A stretch of DNA of 64,000 nucleotides from Candidatus Poseidoniaceae archaeon (GCA_964228815.1 CAXRAL010000008.1:3132-67131), one strand, 5' to 3'. Shown: positions 9,038 through 18,317, numbered from the stretch's first letter. The notes: generated by a model from the letters alone, not told the origin. Numbers and translations: made by a program.

Positions 9038-10150
9038 TCAGTAATGTGAGAATTCCACGCCTTCGATGGCGTGGGTCACACGGTGGCCGTGGTCCCTGAC
9101 ATGGCCGACGATAGCCACCCCTTTCATGCGTTGTTGCAACCAGTCAACGACAGCGGATGCATGGTTGGCGTCCACGGCGACGACCATGCCCATGCCCATG
9201 TTGAACGTGCGGTACATCTCTCTGTTTTCCACACCGCCGGCGGACTGGAGCCACGTGAACTCGGGAAGCACCGGGAGTGGAGTATGGATGTCCCATCCCA
9301 GGGAGGGATGGAGGCGGAGCAGGTTGGACAACCCTCCACCCGTGATGTGGCAAATCCCTCTCACATGCTCGATGTTGAAGGGTGCGTCGCCGCGAGCAGC
9401 GTTGAGCAGGTCAACCACCGGGTCGCAGTAAATTCGGGTGGGGTTGAGGACCACTTCGCCCAAGGTGGGGGCGCCATCGGTCCAACGCATCAGCGCTCGT
9501 CCGTCGTGGTCGGCATTGAACGGTGCGAAATCGGTGTAGGTCAAGCCGGCATGTTCGACGATCTTGCGAACCAAGGAATAGCCGTTGGAATGAATCCCCG
9601 AAGCGGGCAGCCCGATGAGCACGTCACCGTCTTGGAGATGTTCGCCGGTGATGGCTTGTCCCTTGGGCAGCCAGCCGAGGGCTGTGCCCGAGAGGTCGAG
9701 CTCCGTGACGATGCCGGGCAGTGAAGCGGTTTCTCCACCTGCGAGCGTGACACGAGCCAGACGGCACGCTTCGGCCAAGGAAGCGCCGAGCGCAGCATGG
9801 ATGGCCGGGTCGGGCTTTGGAACGGCCACGTAGTCAACAAAGGCGATGGGTTCAGCACCCACGCACAACAGGTCGTTGACGTTCATGGCCATGCAGTCAA
9901 TGCCCACGCCGCCCCACTGCTCCAACATCGTGGCAATTTGCAATTTACTACCCACGCCGTCAGTAGCCATGGCGAGCAGGTTGTCACCGAATTCGATCAG
10001 CCCGCCAAATCCGCCAGGAAGGTCCACGGGGGCGCCTGGTGTCCCGGGTTGTCGGACGCTCTTCGACAGGGCACCGATGAGCGAGGCGACGGCTGAACCC
10101 TCGAGATCGATGTCAACCCCCGCACTGGCGTAGTCCATGGGCTCACTCAT
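9038..10150 (-). CDS. purM: Phosphoribosylformylglycinamidine cyclo-ligase (AIR synthetase)
   Basis: YASAGVDIDLEG..., GGFGGL, DGVGSKL and a C-terminal PurM-like domain. ATG 10150 (MSEPMDYASAGVD) is preferred over the ORF-track start at 10198. Confidence 0.9.
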   Translation of the reverse strand: MSEPMDYASAGVDIDLEGSAVASLIGALSKSVRQPGTPGAPVDLPGGFGGLIEFGDNLLAMATDGVGSKLQIATMLEQWGGVGIDCMAMNVNDLLCVGAEPIAFVDYVAVPKPDPAIHAALGASLAEACRLARVTLAGGETASLPGIVTELDLSGTALGWLPKGQAITGEHLQDGDVLIGLPASGIHSNGYSLVRKIVEHAGLTYTDFAPFNADHDGRALMRWTDGAPTLGEVVLNPTRIYCDPVVDLLNAARGDAPFNIEHVRGICHITGGGLSNLLRLHPSLGWDIHTPLPVLPEFTWLQSAGGVENREMYRTFNMGMGMVVAVDANHASAVVDWLQQRMKGVAIVGHVRDHGHRVTHAIEGVEFSHY

Positions 10151-10194
10151 GGCGTATCCATCGGTTGGCGTTTCATGAAGGAATCGCTTGGGTT

Positions 10195-10803
10195 TCACGC
10201 GTCCATCACGAGGCGGGTGAGTGGAATCAGTTCACCCAAACTCTCGTGAAGCCGATGGCCATCGTCCACTTCATGAAGGGAAACGTGGTCGAGAGCGCCT
10301 TTGGCTCGTTCGCTGTTGGTCAGCGGCACGACATCATCCCCGGTCCCGTGAAGGATGGCCGTTGGGTGGTGCAGCGCGGGCCACGAATGTGTTCGTGCGA
10401 CCTCAACAAAGGACCACGGCATGATGACAGGTTCGTCCCATCCGGGGGGTTGGAAGGTGTGGGTGCCGGACTGTTCCCACGCCTCCATGGCTTGCTGGCC
10501 GAGGGTGGAGGCCACCAGTTCATCGTAGCCAAAAGCGGGTGCCAACAGGACGAGACGAAGGTCGGCTTCGGGACGTAGAGCTGCAGCATTGGCCGTGGCC
10601 AGGCCACCGAACGAGGAACCGATGAGCACGTCAAACGGACCCAACTCGTCAATGGCCTCGAGGACCACGCGCGTTTGACTGGCTTGGTCCCACCCGTACT
10701 TCCGCATGTCAAGCGTGGTAACGTCCCACCCCTGGGCTCGCATCCATGCTGCTTTGCTGCTGTCGGCGCTGGACCACAAACCATGAGCGAAGGTGACCTT
10801 CAT
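10195..10803 (-). CDS. Alpha/beta hydrolase (YqiA/esterase-like)
   Basis: About 200 aa from ATG 10803 (MKVTFAHGLWSS...), with nucleophile elbow GSSFGG and C-terminal LHGTGDDVVP...DDGHRL. Confidence 0.65.
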   Translation of the reverse strand: MKVTFAHGLWSSADSSKAAWMRAQGWDVTTLDMRKYGWDQASQTRVVLEAIDELGPFDVLIGSSFGGLATANAAALRPEADLRLVLLAPAFGYDELVASTLGQQAMEAWEQSGTHTFQPPGWDEPVIMPWSFVEVARTHSWPALHHPTAILHGTGDDVVPLTNSERAKGALDHVSLHEVDDGHRLHESLGELIPLTRLVMDA

Positions 10804-10849
10804 GGCCAAAGGTACGGTTGAGGCTACATGGATTCTTCGCCGCCGGCGG

Positions 10850-10888
10850 TTCTCCACACGACGCTCGAAGCGTGGAAAACAAGGGGTG
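10850..10888 (+). promoter_or_regulatory. ORB-like element A (split: TTCTCCAC-14 nt-GTGGAAAACAAGGGGTG)
   Basis: Read directly in the hydrolase/mcm spacer. The right half is near-identical to element B, and the left heptamer TTCTCCA is identical. Confidence 0.4.
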
Positions 10889-10901
10889 TGCGCGGCCTCA
10901 A

Positions 10902-10925
10902 TTCTCCAGTGGAAACAGAGGGGTG
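10902..10925 (+). promoter_or_regulatory. ORB-like element B (TTCTCCAGTGGAAACAGAGGGGTG), candidate Orc1/Cdc6 binding site
   Basis: Dyad TCCA-G-TGGA, then AAAC, then a G-string. This is the architecture of archaeal origin recognition boxes as I remember them. It lies 63 nt upstream of the mcm ATG. Confidence 0.5.
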
Positions 10926-10987
10926 CATTACCGCATCGAGAATTGATAAATACCGTGGCCTACAATGGCTAACGCCCGGAGGTGAAG

Positions 10988-13120
10988 ATGGTGAGTGCGA
11001 TTCAAGAATTCGACCTCCCCGCTCGTTGGACTTCTCTCCTCCAGGACAAGTACTCCGAAGCCATTCACAACCTCGCCAAGATGTGGCCCGACGAGGGTTC
11101 CCTTGAGGTGTCGTTCCGTGAGGTTGAGGGCTACGACCACGAATTCGCTCAGGACATCCTTGCCAACCCCGACCACCACTTCCGTGCGGCGAATCAGGCC
11201 TTGCGCCAATTCCTGCTGGACGCCGGTGAAGGGAACTTGATGCCGTTCGTTCGTATCATCCATCTTCCAAGCGACCAGGTCCGAACGGTGTCTCAACTCC
11301 GCGCCGATGACATCGGACGGATGATCGCCATCGATGCCGTCACGACCAAGATCACCGGTGTTCGCCCTCGCTTGTACTCGGCCGTGTTCGAATGCGTGGC
11401 CTGCGGGCACAGCATGGAGATCAACCAGCCCAACGAGCAGGAACTGATCGAGCCCCTGGAGTGCTCTCAAATCGACGGCGGCTGCGGCCGACCCAAGCGA
11501 CAAACGCGCTTCTTGCTCCAGCAGCAGGCCTCCCATCTCATCAACTCGCAATTCATTGAACTTCAGGAACTTCCCGAGCAGATGAAAGGCGGCATTCAGC
11601 CCGAGCGCATCCTTTGCATTGGCGAGCAAGACTTGGCCGGCCGGCTGAACCCTGGTGACCGCGTCAAGGCCAACGGTGTCCTGTTCATCCGCTCTCAGCG
11701 CAAAGGCGGCAAGGACACGCCGGTGTTCGACATCTTCCTTCGTATCCATTCGCTGGAACGGCAGAACATCCCGCTGGAGGAAATCATCATCTCCGAAGAG
11801 GAGGAGAACGAAATCCGCGACATCGCCCGAGACCCTCAGGTCTACGACTTGCTGACGCGAAGCATTGCACCTTCCATCTTTGGCATGGAGAAGATCAAGG
11901 AATCACTCATGCTCCAACTCTTTGGCGGCGAAGCTCAAGTCAACGAAGACGGCACCCGAAACCGCGGCGACATCCACATCCTGTTGATGGGCGACCCCGG
12001 TGTGGCCAAATCACAACTTCTGCATTACATGTCCACCATCTCACCACGTGGACGTTTTGCTTCCGGTCAATCCGCTTCCGCTGCAGGGCTGACTGCTGCC
12101 GCCGTGCAGGATGCGGCAGCTGACGGTCGCTGGACCCTCGAGGCCGGTGCCTTGGTGCTGGCCGACCTTGGCTTGGCAGCCATCGATGAATTCGACAAAA
12201 TGAACGCGGCCGACCGCTCGAGCATGCACGAAGCGATGGAACAGCAGAGCATCTCCATTTCCAAAGCCGGCATCAACGCCAGCCTTCGCACCCGTTGCGC
12301 TGTGCTCGCTGCCGCCAACCCCACGAGCGGGCGTTTCCAGCCGGTCAGCGATGTCCCGTTCACTTCGCAGATCAACCTCGCGCCACCCTTGATTTCTCGA
12401 TTTGACATCATTTGGTTGTTGACCGATACGCCCAACGAATCCCACGACGAAAAAATTGCATCGCACATCATCGCGAACAGGCTGAAGGGAAGCAGTGAAT
12501 TGCTCGTGAAGGAAGGCACCATTCCCGACCCTACCCGCTCCACGGCCCAGCGAAAAGAAGCCAAGAAGGCTGATGGCACGTACGAGGTGCTTCCCCGGGA
12601 ACTCCTTCGAAAGTACGTGGCCTATTCCAAACGCATGTTCCATCCAAAACTCAACGACGAGGCGCGAGAAATGATCGTCGCCTACTACGTGGAAACGAGA
12701 AAATCCGGCGGAGAATCCGAGGACAGCGTGGCCATCACCGCACGATCACTCGAGGCCCTTTCTCGTCTCGCTGAAGCCAGCGCACGCATCCGCCTCTCTG
12801 AAACCGCTACCGCTGATGACGCTAAGCGTGCCATCCGACTGACGAAGACCTGGCGGCACGAACTCATGGGCGAGAACTTTGACATGACGACCATCGAGTC
12901 AGGCAAGAAAGGAAAGGTCCGAAACCAAGAGAAAACCATCATCGATATCGTTTCGGTACTGCAAAACGATTCGGGAACGGCCGCTAATTTACTCGACGTG
13001 TTAACCGAAGCTGAACGTCGAGACATTCCGCGCAGCAAGGCGGAGGACATCATCGACAAATTGTGCCGAGACGGGCGCATGATGCGACCTTCCGGCTACG
13101 ACACCCTCCAGATTGTTTGA
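10988..13120 (+). CDS. mcm: Replicative helicase MCM
   Basis: Zn motif CVACGH...CSQIDGGCG, Walker A GDPGVAKSQLL, Walker B IDEFDKM, arginine finger SRFD, and a C-terminal wHTH-like region. No intein. GGAGGTG precedes ATG 10988, and GTG 10982 is also possible. Confidence 0.95.
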   Translation: MVSAIQEFDLPARWTSLLQDKYSEAIHNLAKMWPDEGSLEVSFREVEGYDHEFAQDILANPDHHFRAANQALRQFLLDAGEGNLMPFVRIIHLPSDQVRTVSQLRADDIGRMIAIDAVTTKITGVRPRLYSAVFECVACGHSMEINQPNEQELIEPLECSQIDGGCGRPKRQTRFLLQQQASHLINSQFIELQELPEQMKGGIQPERILCIGEQDLAGRLNPGDRVKANGVLFIRSQRKGGKDTPVFDIFLRIHSLERQNIPLEEIIISEEEENEIRDIARDPQVYDLLTRSIAPSIFGMEKIKESLMLQLFGGEAQVNEDGTRNRGDIHILLMGDPGVAKSQLLHYMSTISPRGRFASGQSASAAGLTAAAVQDAAADGRWTLEAGALVLADLGLAAIDEFDKMNAADRSSMHEAMEQQSISISKAGINASLRTRCAVLAAANPTSGRFQPVSDVPFTSQINLAPPLISRFDIIWLLTDTPNESHDEKIASHIIANRLKGSSELLVKEGTIPDPTRSTAQRKEAKKADGTYEVLPRELLRKYVAYSKRMFHPKLNDEAREMIVAYYVETRKSGGESEDSVAITARSLEALSRLAEASARIRLSETATADDAKRAIRLTKTWRHELMGENFDMTTIESGKKGKVRNQEKTIIDIVSVLQNDSGTAANLLDVLTEAERRDIPRSKAEDIIDKLCRDGRMMRPSGYDTLQIV

Positions 13121-13168
13121 GTTTCAATCAAGGGTTGTGCTCATGAAGGGTGAGCGCTTGGCAAGCAC

Positions 13169-15187
13169 ATGGCCGATGAACCCCAAGGTGATGTTCACCA
13201 GCCGTCGCAGTTGGACCCTGACCAATTGGGGTTCATGTGCGGTCTTGAGGTCCACCAACAACTCGCCACGGGAAAACTGCACTCCCGAGAGACCGGCGAA
13301 CTCTACGACATCACCATCGATACCCTCCCCGACGACTGGCCGACCTTTGAGCGTCGCCTGCGCGCCAGCCGTGGTGAAGGGGGAGCCGTCGACGTCGCTG
13401 CCCGCTTTGAGTCCAAGCGAAATCGCACGTTTGTCTACGCTCAATCGCCCAACGCTGGTCTCATTGAACTTGACGAACAACCGCCGCTGGCTCTCGACGA
13501 AGACGCTCTCGACATCACGCTCACCGTTTCCGCCCTCCTCAATGCAAAGCCCGTTTCGTTGATTCAGACCATGCGAAAAACGGTGGTGGACGGTTCCAAC
13601 ACCAGCGGTTTTCAACGCACGTCCCTCATCGCCACGGACGGCGCCCTCGAGACGTCCGAGGGGCCCGTAGGTGTTGATGTGGTGTGCCTTGAGGAGGACA
13701 GCGCCCGGAAATTGGACACGGTTGACCTCGGACACGGCCAGCAAGTCATTTACAACCTCGACCGATTGGGACTGCCACTCATTGAAATCGCGACATCGCC
13801 CGATGTCCGCTCCCCCGACCACGCCAAGACCACCGCCATCGCGCTGGGGCGTGTCCTTCGCCGAACCCGACGTGTTCGCCGAGGCTTGGGCAGCATTCGT
13901 CAAGACCTCAACGTCTCCATCGCCGCCGGCGACCGTGTGGAGATCAAAGGGTGCCAGGACCTCAATTGGATTCCGACCATCATCCGTCTTGAGATGGCTC
14001 GTCAGTTGCATTTCTATCGCTTGGCCAACGACCTTCGCGCCGACCTCAACCTCTCGCCCCTCTCCCCTCACCGGGATGATGACGACGAGGCAACCGAACA
14101 ACAGGTTGCTCAGGCCGTGGCCGAGCATCTTCCACTCGACCTGCACGATGTCTCGGCCTTGTTTTCCTCAACCCAGTCGGGCATGATCGCTGACGGATTG
14201 AGTGGCGGCTCGCTGATGATGGCGCTTCCGCTGAAGGGCTTATTGGGGCGCCTCGGGACGAAGACGAAGGACGACGACGGTGCCCAACTGCCTCGTCTCG
14301 GTCGTGAACTGGCCGGCGCTGCCAAATTGGCCGGTGTGAAGGGCATCTTCCACGCCGATGAGTTGCCCGCCTACGGCATCACCACTGACGAAGTCAGCGC
14401 CGTTCGTTCCAGCCTAAAGCTGGCCGAAAGCGACGCCTTTGTGTTGTGCTGCGCTCCTGCATGGCAAGCCCGTTTGGCCCTCGAAGCTGTGCTCGACCGG
14501 GCTCGTTTAGCGTGGCACCGAGTTCCCCAAGAAGTTCGAAATGTCGTGGTGAAGAAAGGTGCACCTGAAGACGGCACTACCTCACCCATGCGCCCCCTCC
14601 CGGGGCGGTCCCGAATGTACCCCGAAACCGACGTCCCGCCACGCGTGCTCAATGTGACCGATTGGTCGGCGGTGATGACGTCGCTCCCCATGTCGGATGA
14701 AGCCCGTGCGAACCGCCTCGCGACCTATGAGATGTCCACCGATCAAGCGGAGCAACTGCTGGCTCGAGAATTGGATGACCTGTTTTGCGAACATGTCGCC
14801 GCCCTTCCGGCCAAGGCATGGGCTGCCCTGTTGCTGAACCACGACACTGAATCGCCCGAAACCCTCGCCAACGTGTTGGCGCTTCGGGAGGAAGGGGCGC
14901 TGGCCCGCGATCACGTTGACCGAGTGGTGGAAGCCCACAGCGGGCACCTCGTTTCGCTGGATGAACTACGAGCCTACTGCGCCGCACACGCGCTGGCACC
15001 GGCCGACATCGGTGGTCTCGACGAGGTGATTCAGGGCATCGTGGCTGAACGCTTGGATTTCGTGAAAGAGCGCGGCATGGGCGCCATGGGGCCCCTGATG
15101 GGCGTGGTCATGCAGGCGGCCGGCGGCGCTGACGGAAAGGAAGTCAGCGCGTTGCTTCGGGCTGCGATTCAAGCCGTGTTGGAGTGA
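13169..15187 (+). CDS. gatE: Glu-tRNA(Gln) amidotransferase subunit E
   Basis: LGFMCGLEVHQQL... GatB/E core with the GatE-type insertion and a YqeY-like C-terminal tail. At 672 aa it is an archaeal-specific enzyme. Confidence 0.9.
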   Translation: MADEPQGDVHQPSQLDPDQLGFMCGLEVHQQLATGKLHSRETGELYDITIDTLPDDWPTFERRLRASRGEGGAVDVAARFESKRNRTFVYAQSPNAGLIELDEQPPLALDEDALDITLTVSALLNAKPVSLIQTMRKTVVDGSNTSGFQRTSLIATDGALETSEGPVGVDVVCLEEDSARKLDTVDLGHGQQVIYNLDRLGLPLIEIATSPDVRSPDHAKTTAIALGRVLRRTRRVRRGLGSIRQDLNVSIAAGDRVEIKGCQDLNWIPTIIRLEMARQLHFYRLANDLRADLNLSPLSPHRDDDDEATEQQVAQAVAEHLPLDLHDVSALFSSTQSGMIADGLSGGSLMMALPLKGLLGRLGTKTKDDDGAQLPRLGRELAGAAKLAGVKGIFHADELPAYGITTDEVSAVRSSLKLAESDAFVLCCAPAWQARLALEAVLDRARLAWHRVPQEVRNVVVKKGAPEDGTTSPMRPLPGRSRMYPETDVPPRVLNVTDWSAVMTSLPMSDEARANRLATYEMSTDQAEQLLARELDDLFCEHVAALPAKAWAALLLNHDTESPETLANVLALREEGALARDHVDRVVEAHSGHLVSLDELRAYCAAHALAPADIGGLDEVIQGIVAERLDFVKERGMGAMGPLMGVVMQAAGGADGKEVSALLRAAIQAVLE

Positions 15188-15194
15188 ACGGCCG

Positions 15195-16850
15195 ATGAAA
15201 CGAGCGGCGTTGGTGCTCGCTGCCTTGACCCTCCTGATGCTGACGCCGGTGGCCTCTGCGCAGTCGTGGGTGCCTGCGTGGGAAGCCGACCTCGGCCCGG
15301 GCTACATCACCACGTCTCCGCTGGTGGATGACGAGCACGTGTACATTCGAACCTCCGGCTTTTGGACGGGCGATGAACGGCCCGAAGTCCTGGCGTTTTC
15401 CCACGACGGCGAACAGCGTTGGACGTACCGCAGCGAAACCACCACCCAACACGACATGGCCCCGTTGGTCATGGTGGAGGCCGGTTCAGGCCCCTGCGGG
15501 ACGTGGCCCACCCTGCTCTTGGTAGGATGGGCGGACGGTGCCTTCACGGCGCTGCATCCCTCGAACGGGACCGTGAACTGGCAGGCCAACTCAACAGTGG
15601 ACGGATGGGGCATCACGGGAGCGCCGCTGGTCGATGGCGACCATGTGGTGGTGCCAACACGCACCGGTCTGATGCGTTTGTGTCTTGCAGACGGTGCCGT
15701 TGCTTTCCAAACAGATCTCGGAAATGGATGGCGCAACGGCGTCACTCTCCACGACGGCGCCTATTGGTTGGGCGATGAAGCCGGTCAGTTGTGGTCCGTC
15801 GCGGTCGACGGCACGGTGCTCGAGACTCACAACCTCTCCGCCTCCCTCCGCCACGCACCCGTCAGCATGGGCGGGGGTCTGCTGCTTCACGTTCAGGAAA
15901 CAAGCCTCAGTCGCTTGCTTTTGTTCAACAGCACGTCGAGCACGCTTGCAGAACTTGCCGTGCTGGGCCGTTCGCCTGCCATCCCGCTGGTGATGGACAC
16001 CACCGTTGTGCTGGGCGACAGCGATGGATTGACCTCCGTTCAATGTGACCCTGATTGCATCGTCGTCGACACGTATCCAACCAAGGTGAACGGCGAGATG
16101 AGATGGCGTTCGCCCGGCCAATTCTTTGCCCCCGTGAACACCGATGAGGGCGGTTGGTTGAGCGCTGAGTTGAACGACAACGGGACGCTGGGTGAAGTGA
16201 GCCTGTTTTCTACACCCTACGACGGCTACGGCACTTCGGCACCAGCGTGGACACCCACTGGGATGTACTTGGGCAACGATGCGGGCGTGCTGATGGCGTA
16301 CACCATTGATCGCACGAGCAGCGGGGAGGAAGCAACAACCACATCAACCCCGCTCATCGGATTGACAGCGATCACCCTCGGCTTGGTTGGAGCAGCGTGG
16401 TTGTCGAACCGAGGACGGACCACGGATGCATGGCGTCTGTTGACCTTGGGGGCCGTGGCCGTGGCGTTGCTGATGCTTTCCGACCTAGCGGCGTCATGGA
16501 ATGCCTGGTTGGTGGAAGAAGAATCGTATTCCGAGGAGGCGATATGGGACCCGTCCTGGCCGGACGAATGGCTGGGCACCCAAATCGTCGTGTTTGATTT
16601 GCCAGATCAAACCGTTGTGGTTGGTGGTTTGGTTGGACATGAAACGGTTTGGGCGTTGACGGCGGCCGCAGCGGAAGAACGTAATCTCTCCCTCGAAACC
16701 GAGGTGACCGGCATTGGACTCTACCTTGAGGCCATCAACGGCGTGGAAGCGACAGGATGGGAATACACCGTCAACGACCAGCGCGGGGTGTTCGCGATGG
16801 ACGAGGCCGAGATTGAGACCACCCTCGTCTTGCGGTGGCATCTGGCTTGA
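15195..16850 (+). CDS. Secreted PQQ/BamB-like beta-propeller protein fused via two TM helices to a DUF4430 (transcobalamin-like) domain
   Basis: Signal peptide MKRAALVLAALTLLMLTPVASAQS. Repeated W..G propeller-blade signatures. TM segments LIGLTAITLGLVGAAWL and LLTLGAVAVALLMLSDLAA. The C-terminus (GIGLYLEAINGVEATGWEYTVNDQRGVFAMDEAEIETTLVLRW) resembles DUF4430. Confidence 0.6.
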   Translation: MKRAALVLAALTLLMLTPVASAQSWVPAWEADLGPGYITTSPLVDDEHVYIRTSGFWTGDERPEVLAFSHDGEQRWTYRSETTTQHDMAPLVMVEAGSGPCGTWPTLLLVGWADGAFTALHPSNGTVNWQANSTVDGWGITGAPLVDGDHVVVPTRTGLMRLCLADGAVAFQTDLGNGWRNGVTLHDGAYWLGDEAGQLWSVAVDGTVLETHNLSASLRHAPVSMGGGLLLHVQETSLSRLLLFNSTSSTLAELAVLGRSPAIPLVMDTTVVLGDSDGLTSVQCDPDCIVVDTYPTKVNGEMRWRSPGQFFAPVNTDEGGWLSAELNDNGTLGEVSLFSTPYDGYGTSAPAWTPTGMYLGNDAGVLMAYTIDRTSSGEEATTTSTPLIGLTAITLGLVGAAWLSNRGRTTDAWRLLTLGAVAVALLMLSDLAASWNAWLVEEESYSEEAIWDPSWPDEWLGTQIVVFDLPDQTVVVGGLVGHETVWALTAAAAEERNLSLETEVTGIGLYLEAINGVEATGWEYTVNDQRGVFAMDEAEIETTLVLRWHLA

Positions 16851-17551
16851 GGGTGGCAAGCCTCAAGGCTGGCCGCCTTCTCGGACGGTTCATGTTCAAA
16901 GCGCTGGGGGTTCATGGACCAGAATTGTCCCCCACCGGCGCTGCCCTTGTGGACGTCGCCTTGGTTGGAACAGCGTTTGCGTTCTTGTTCTCAGCGCCAC
17001 GAGCGAACCGCATGACAGCGGCCATGTTGGTCACGATGGTGCTCGCCATGGCGGCCTTGCGCGTCGTCATGCAACCGCTCCCGAACATTCAGCCCGTGAC
17101 CGTGGCTGCTTTGCTCGTCGGTGCCCACTTGGGCGCCAAGCGCGGCGTTGCGTTTGCCATCCTTGTCACCCTGCTCTCCAACCTGCTCATCAGCCACGGC
17201 TGGTGGACCCTTTTCCAGGCCTTGGGCTGGTCGGTGGTAGCGGTGGTCGGTGCCAAAGCGAACCTCATCGTCGACGGACGCCTCAACCACGCTCGTCTGT
17301 ACCTTGCTGCAGCCTTGGTGGCGCCGCTGTTTGGTTTGATATCGACGCTGTCGTTGGTCACCGGCGGCATGACGGTTGGTCAATTTGCAATCTTGGTCGG
17401 CCAAGGGCTTCCCTTTGATGCTGTCCATGCCCTTGGCAACGTCGCCTTTGCCGTTTGGACGGGCTCGATGCTCCATCGCTTCCTCAGCGGTTTGACCGCG
17501 TTGGAAGATGACGCGCTGGCGACGGGTGAACTGCATGGCCTCGATGCATGA
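16835..17551 (+). CDS. Polytopic membrane protein, ECF S-component-like (DUF6580-like)
   Basis: About 6 TM. The PNIQPVTVAALLVGAHLGAKRGVAFAILVTLLSNLLI motif resembles the PN(F)SP...G-A...KR signature of S-component-like proteins found next to DUF4430 genes. The start is uncertain (GTG 16835 or ATG 16892). Confidence 0.45.
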   Translation: MASGLRVASLKAGRLLGRFMFKALGVHGPELSPTGAALVDVALVGTAFAFLFSAPRANRMTAAMLVTMVLAMAALRVVMQPLPNIQPVTVAALLVGAHLGAKRGVAFAILVTLLSNLLISHGWWTLFQALGWSVVAVVGAKANLIVDGRLNHARLYLAAALVAPLFGLISTLSLVTGGMTVGQFAILVGQGLPFDAVHALGNVAFAVWTGSMLHRFLSGLTALEDDALATGELHGLDA

Positions 17552-17891
17552 TGCACCGACCATGGCCCTCATTGTGCGGCAAGATCTGGCGTTAAGCACC
17601 GGAAAACTGGCGGCTCAGTGCGCCCATGCTGCGGTCGACGTCGTACGCGCCGCTCGTCGCACAAGGCTCCTCGAGCGTTGGCGAGCCGGCGGTGCGAGGA
17701 AGGTCGTACTGGGTGTGGGCGACCTCGAAGCCATGCATGCGCTTCACGCCTCTATTCCAAGCGGATGTTATGCTGCGCTGGTCACGGATGCTGGGCGCAC
17801 TGAAATCCCAGCGGGTACGGTGACCGTGCTCGGCATTATGGGGCCAAGAAGAGCAATGGACACCCTGTTGCGTCATTTGGATGCGCTGTGA
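17544..17891 (+). CDS. pth2: Peptidyl-tRNA hydrolase, archaeal/eukaryal type (Pth2), paralog A
   Basis: LIVRQDLALSTGKLAAQCAHAA...TDAGRTEIPAGTVTVLGIMGP...L. The start is ATG 17544 or 17562. Confidence 0.85.
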   Translation: MHDAPTMALIVRQDLALSTGKLAAQCAHAAVDVVRAARRTRLLERWRAGGARKVVLGVGDLEAMHALHASIPSGCYAALVTDAGRTEIPAGTVTVLGIMGPRRAMDTLLRHLDAL

Positions 17892-17969
17892 GGTGAAAGG
17901 ATGGGGCTGCGTTCGTTTCTTCATCGCATCACGGCACCTACGCCCTCCAGAGCGCCGGTGGAGGGCTCA

Positions 17970-18317
17970 ATGAAATTGGTGTGCGTGGTCAATCAGTCGC
18001 TGAAAATGGGCAAGGGCAAAATTGCCGCTCAGGTCGGTCATGCCTCCATCCAGGCGTTCCTCGGCGCAGGGGTGACTCACCCCCAACATGTCGAGGCCTG
18101 GTTGGCCGAAGGTCAGAAGAAAATCTGCGTGAAAACTCCGGAAGCCTCCGACTTTGACAGCCTCACCCACCTTGCTCGCCAGCGAGACATCCCCGTTCAT
18201 CTTGTCCGGGATGCGGGCCACACGCAGATTCCGAAAGGCTCTGCTACGGTGCTGGCCTTGGGCCCGTTTAACGAGACGGCCCTTGACGAGTTGACCGGCC
18301 ATCTCAAATTGCTTTAA
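17970..18317 (+). CDS. pth2: Peptidyl-tRNA hydrolase Pth2, paralog B
   Basis: MKLVCVVNQSLKMGKGKIAAQVGHAS...RDAGHTQIPKGSATVLALGPF...HLKLL. GGAGGG lies 5 nt upstream of ATG 17970. The ORF is open from 17901. Confidence 0.85.
   Translation: MKLVCVVNQSLKMGKGKIAAQVGHASIQAFLGAGVTHPQHVEAWLAEGQKKICVKTPEASDFDSLTHLARQRDIPVHLVRDAGHTQIPKGSATVLALGPFNETALDELTGHLKLL

Noticed and set aside
10928-14146. Minus-strand ORFs 10928-11749 and 13124-14146
   Set aside because: They are antisense shadows of mcm and gatE, both of which are unambiguous.
10988-15187. Inteins or insertions in MCM or GatE
   Set aside because: The lengths (about 710 and 672 aa) and the continuous motif order are consistent with intein-free proteins. 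No Cys/Ser...HN splice-junction blocks were seen.
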